NCBI GenBank assembly: GCA_905178155.1
Contig: CAJINV010000037.1
Span: 29,760-39,624, forward strand
Direction of reading: 5' to 3'
Length of the DNA stretch: 9,865 nucleotides
Origin: Amoebophrya sp. A120
Lineage: Eukaryota > Protista > Dinoflagellata
Part shown: piece by piece, positions 7,401-9,865 of the stretch
Layout of the letters: each line of letters opens with the position of its first letter
Numbering within the stretch: the stretch's first letter is position 1
Notes under the pieces: generated by a model
What the model was told of the DNA's origin: nothing
What the model saw: the letters and a program-made list of their open reading frames with translations, nothing else
Databases searched by the model: none
Made by a program: the position numbers and the translations under genes

Positions 7401-9101
7401 CTCGGAACGCAAACCCGATGGCACTCTGGACCTTGCTCGGAACGCGTTTGCGCGTTCCAGTCGCGCTCCGAACTGCCCGGAAGTCGCAAAAGTTTAGCAG
7501 CTTTTTTTTGCAGTCTTGCCAGCCGAATTCTCCTGCCTGGAGCGCAGTCAAGATGGCTGCCCGCAATGCACAAGAAATTACTTATTGGCAAACGCAAACC
7601 CAACATGGCTACAAATTCATAAAATCCAGCAGATTCTCGTTGTCCCAGCATTTCGAGCAGCAGTCCCGCTGCCGCAAGGAATTGCACTTCTGGTCGCAGT
7701 AGCAGTGCGGAAACTTTCCCAACGTGCACGGATACCCGCCCAGGAAGTGAACCGTGTTTGTTGCATTGGAATTTGTCAAGTTTGTCATGCTGACTCCCGA
7801 AGAGGAAGATGATGAGCTGCTGTCATTCACCGCACCTGCCACATCCGGCACGTAGCAGGGATTCTTCAAATTCCGAAAATCGTGGTAGTACAACTTCGCC
7901 GTTGGTTTACCAGAACTAATCATCCCAGCACCGACACCACTATCTCGATTCAAATGCAACACGAAGTTCTGCGACTTCAAAATCCCGTATACATTGTGCC
8001 GGTGCGGGACGTAGCTGTGCTCGTTGTACGGGTTGGGATGGTGCGGAAGAACGGAATCTGTTTCCTGCTGAGGCTGTGATGTTGCTGGGGAACCACCACC
8101 AACGGCGGTCCCATTGGACACGTTCTGTTGCAGATCCGTCCCGTTACCAGAGTCGTCCGTGTCATTGCTGTTGCTGTAATTTGCGCCCGCAGTACCTCCC
8201 GCCATGGCATTACTTGCACTGGCGCCACCGGGGGAATTTCCTCCTGTCGTGTGCGAAGATAGTAATCTTTGCACCTCGGACCACAGATTCTCCCCCGCCC
8301 CGAACACGTACGGCGGAACGAAAGTGGTTGCGTTGAGCCGGAAGCGAAGATTTGTGTTTGACGCTGTCGTTGCCGTGATCAAAATCTCATCCCCGGTGGA
8401 AGTTGAGAAGGAACTGAACTCCAACCCCGGGCCGGCTGCTGTCGTCAGCGCGGTGAAATCGGAATCACTTTCGATCACTTCTAAGTCAAACGACGGACAG
8501 ACGTCGACATTGTGGATTGGAGAGGGGGTTTGGTATAGTACCTTGTCTGTTGTAGAAGAAAGACTTGTTGTACTTGCAACGCTGTTTGCAATCTTCATCT
8601 CTTCCGTGTGAACTAGCGTCTGCAGCTTCAGGTCTGTGTCCACGTTTCTGAAGCGGACGAAGCCAAAGTCCTTGTCTTTTTCCCAACAAACACCGGACTT
8701 CGCTGGTACAACTTCTCCCGGGTACTCCAAGGTCATCGACCTGTGGGCTGCAGGGTTTGCGAAAACGAATATAGAGTTCTCAGGCGTTACATTCTCAGGT
8801 GTTGCATGAATTTGTCATGCAAAACTACCATCATCATCAACAGAACCAAGCTGCTTCGCATGACAAATTTGCGAAGGACTAAAAAGCGCCTAAATCTGCA
8901 CGGGATTTGTAATCGCAATTTTTGCAATCTTCCCCCTTTCGCTTCTGCCATTCATGCATTACAGACTCATGTAGCAGTTGAGAGTGTAACGTTTGAGAAC
9001 GCCATAACGAAGTTGTCTTTCTTCGGTGGCTCGTCCGGTCCACAAACTGGGTAACCGCGGACCAGTTCGCGTTTCCAATGGCAGTCGAAGTCGCAATACA
9101 T
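609..9101 (-). CDS. Multi-exon gene (10 exons in window) for a large, probably extracellular or surface glycoprotein with two somatomedin-B-like modules; 1,712 aa if it runs from ATG 9101 to stop 609 (true start and end uncertain)
   Basis: Exons 9101-9007, 8764-7622, 6075-5448, 5233-5123, 4855-4396, 4125-3292, 3070-3039, 2822-2475, 2251-1603 and 1447-609 sum to 5,139 nt (1,713 codons) and join in frame when each TAT..ATA element plus one 5-bp repeat is removed. Confidence 0.85.
1453..1602. mobile_element. Introner/MITE-like non-canonical intron A (150 bp)
   Basis: tcgac at 1448-1452 and 1603-1607; ends TAT..ATA; TIR tgcaaaagtat(agtat)cgcactcgtat vs revcomp tgcagaagtatcgtactcgtat; removing 155 nt restores the frame. 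Confidence 0.82.
1603..2251 (-). CDS. Exon 9 (KQRCIGCTF...S/T/N-rich region...LVPEQS)
   Basis: Core of ORF 1538-2269; both junctions in frame. Confidence 0.88.
2257..2474. mobile_element. Introner/MITE-like non-canonical intron B (218 bp)
   Basis: tggct at 2252-2256 and 2475-2479; TAT..ATA; 33-bp TIR core at 2266-2298 and 2433-2465 with 4 mismatches; removing 223 nt gives CYQP|KQRC in frame. Confidence 0.9.
2475..2822 (-). CDS. Exon 8, ending in somatomedin-B-like module 2 (CFAELQTCYCDEQCVEFDDCCLNCY)
   Basis: Core of ORF 2430-2882; C-x-C-D-x2-C-x5-C-C pattern. Confidence 0.88.
2828..3038. mobile_element. Introner C1 (211 bp), family I
   Basis: gacca at 2823-2827 and 3039-3043; TAT..ATA; perfect 23-bp inverted repeat at 2834-2856 and 3010-3032; removing 216 nt keeps the frame; interior homologous to F and to the reverse complement of C2. 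Confidence 0.92.
3039..3070 (-). CDS. Micro-exon 7 (32 nt; TNYTYYFDELV)
   Basis: Not in the ORF track; it completes copies 2 and 3 of the 18-aa protein repeat exactly. Confidence 0.88.
3076..3291. mobile_element. Introner C2 (216 bp), family I, opposite orientation to C1 and F
   Basis: tgatg at 3071-3075 and 3292-3296; TIR tatcgccagaaaaaaactgtttcgctgtaa vs revcomp tatcgtaagaaaaaactgtttcactgtaa; removing 221 nt restores the frame. Confidence 0.92.
3292..4125 (-). CDS. Exon 6 (RSLTRKFRPCSSLLTVEDF...ENETNI)
   Basis: ORF 3284-4090 extended upstream without stops to the element D boundary. Confidence 0.88.
4131..4395. mobile_element. Introner D (265 bp), family II
   Basis: tagct at 4126-4130 and tcgct at 4396-4400 (1 mismatch); TAT..ATA; imperfect TIR; core ~93% identical to E by manual count; removing 270 nt gives RRKA|RSLT in frame. 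Confidence 0.9.
4396..4855 (-). CDS. Exon 5 (PRGAFSCSNQ...NAVVRRKA)
   Basis: Central part of ORF 4313-5065; both ends of that ORF are element read-through. Confidence 0.87.
4861..5122. mobile_element. Introner E (262 bp), family II
   Basis: aatcg at 4856-4860 and 5123-5127; TAT..ATA; TIR core tgtctgggtctggaaga / tcttccagacccagaca; removing 267 nt gives DALPI|PRG in frame. Confidence 0.92.
5123..5233 (-). CDS. Exon 4 (HGRNSSRLSKYKNVNGMHADVCWNYGKKGLHYDALPI)
   Basis: Core of ORF 5087-5290; both junctions in frame. Confidence 0.85.
5239..5447. mobile_element. Introner F (209 bp), family I
   Basis: cgcca at 5234-5238 and 5448-5452; TIR matches 27/31 (tatccaagaaaaaaactgtgttactgtaact vs revcomp tatgcaagaaaaaaaccgtgtaagtgtaact); removing 214 nt gives IYMA|HGRN in frame. 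Confidence 0.92.
5448..6075 (-). CDS. Exon 3 (..NWGRQVEEKFPTCE...RCNIYMA); 5' border less certain
   Basis: Core of ORF 5364-6122. Confidence 0.83.
6156..7471. mobile_element. Putative nested foldback/MITE-like element: ~88-bp imperfect inverted repeats enclosing the tandem array
   Basis: 6156-6243 is an imperfect reverse complement of 7384-7471; no clear target-site duplication (TSD) found. Confidence 0.5.
6257..7455. repeat. Tandem array of ~182-bp units (~6.7 copies) rich in GCTCGGAACGC inverted motifs
   Basis: Unit starts (ggaaatcacaaaaattcgcc-like) at 6257, 6429, 6611, 6793, 6975, 7157 and 7340; the first unit is 10 bp shorter. Confidence 0.97.
7622..8764 (-). CDS. Exon 2, ending in somatomedin-B-like module 1 (CTLGKFPHCYCDQKCNSLRQRDCCSKCW)
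   Basis: ORF 7609-8736 extended upstream without stops (FANPAAHRSMTLEY). Confidence 0.88.
8770..9006. mobile_element. Introner H (237 bp)
   Basis: acgaa at 8765-8769 and 9007-9011; TAT..ATA; 40-bp TIR with 31/40 matches; removing 242 nt gives KDNFV|FANP in frame. Confidence 0.92.
9007..9101 (-). CDS. Exon 1 in window (MYCDFDCHWKRELVRGYPVCGPDEPPKKDNF); the frame is open upstream to a TAG at 9273-9275, so the 5' border is unknown
   Basis: Manual translation in a frame absent from the ORF track; joins exon 2 in frame. Confidence 0.7.
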
Positions 9102-9368
9102 CGGCTGGCGGATCACGATAAGGGACTCTTGGTGCGGTGGTGAGGTGGGAGCTGAGGCTGGATTCGACGCCGAGCAAGTTCGTTGCCAGCAGACGACCGG
9201 GGGATCGAGGGAAAAAATGCGAAAGCGGTGCTGTCGTCGTGGTCGAGAATGAAATGGGCGGGGAGGAAGCTGCTAGCCCGCCGGCCGATAACACCGGAGT
9301 GCGCTGACTGGATGGCGGCTCGCTGGCAACCAGCCAGGCTTCGAACAAAGTGGCCACTCCCCCCGCCC

Positions 9369-9484
9369 AGGGTTCGCGCGGGGTTCGCGCGGGGTTCGCG
9401 CGGGGTTCGCGCGGGGTTCGCGCAGGGTCCGCGCAGGGTCCGCGCAGGGTTCGCACAGGGTTCGCGCAAGGTTCGCGCAGGGTT
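9369..9484. repeat. 11-bp GC-rich minisatellite (RGGGTYCGCGC)n, ~10.5 copies
   Basis: Directly visible. Confidence 0.95.
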
Positions 9485-9498
9485 GCAACCTCGAAAAA

Positions 9499-9865
9499 TG
9501 AAAGCAAAAAAAGCCGCTATCGACCCGGGATTCTGTAACAAGTTGCGCAAAAAGTGCACTGACTGCAACAATGAAGAAATTGCTGCGCGTCGCCGATACA
9601 AAAGCACCTTTGCAGGAGCGGACGCTGGATTTTTTATGTCGGATTTTTGTATCGCCGACGCGCACCCAAAGGCCCTCCCCCGGCAGCTTTTGAAAGCAAA
9701 AAAAGCCGCTATCCCCCTGGGATTCTGTTCTAAGTGGTGCAAAAAGCGCACTGACTGCAACCTTGAAAAAATTGCTGCGCGTCGCCGATACAAAAGCACC
9801 TTCGCAGGAGCGGACGCTGGATTTTTTATGTCGGATTTTTGTATCGCCGACGCGCACCCGAAGGC
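9499..9865. repeat. 192-bp tandem repeat, ~1.9 copies, truncated by the window end
   Basis: tgaaagcaaaaaaagccgctatc at 9499 and 9691; cgccgataca at 9591 and 9783. Confidence 0.95.

Larger units (their letters stand above)
6081..7621. mobile_element. Large, degenerate introner-like intron G (1,541 bp) carrying a nested repeat array
   Basis: Ends tatggaattgcggcc and revcomp tatgaatttgtagcc (11/15), each followed by tgggtttgc; flanks cgaga and aaatc do not match, but removing element plus 5 nt (1,546) still restores the frame. Confidence 0.6.

Noticed and set aside
6257-7455. CRISPR array or coding ORFs in the palindromic repeat region
   Set aside because: Whole units repeat with no unique spacers and no cas genes; ORFs occur in all frames with repeat-derived sequence
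9113-9857. Long - strand ORFs through the 11-bp and 192-bp repeats
   Set aside because: Repeat-derived translations open in several frames

Overview
Eukaryotic DNA holding most or all of one large minus-strand gene, about 1,700 aa after reconstruction. The protein has two somatomedin-B-like Cys modules, many N-glycosylation sequons and an 18-aa repeat. The coding sequence is interrupted nine times by insertions built on one plan: 5-bp direct repeat, TAT, imperfect terminal inverted repeats (TIRs), ATA, then the same 5-bp direct repeat. The direct repeat is perfect in 7 cases, has 1 mismatch in one, and has decayed in one. Removing each element plus one repeat copy restores the reading frame at all nine junctions, and no register within the direct repeats gives GT-AG or GC-AG ends. 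They therefore look like MITE-like, transposon-derived non-canonical introns (introners). They form at least two multi-copy families, and one family is inserted in both orientations. This resembles the invasive non-canonical introns reported in the syndinian dinoflagellate Amoebophrya; the host assignment is inference. The largest intron holds a nested ~182-bp tandem array bracketed by ~88-bp inverted repeats. 11-bp minisatellites and a 192-bp tandem repeat occupy the window ends. Exon borders are uncertain within each 5-bp repeat; here the higher-coordinate copy is assigned to the exon.
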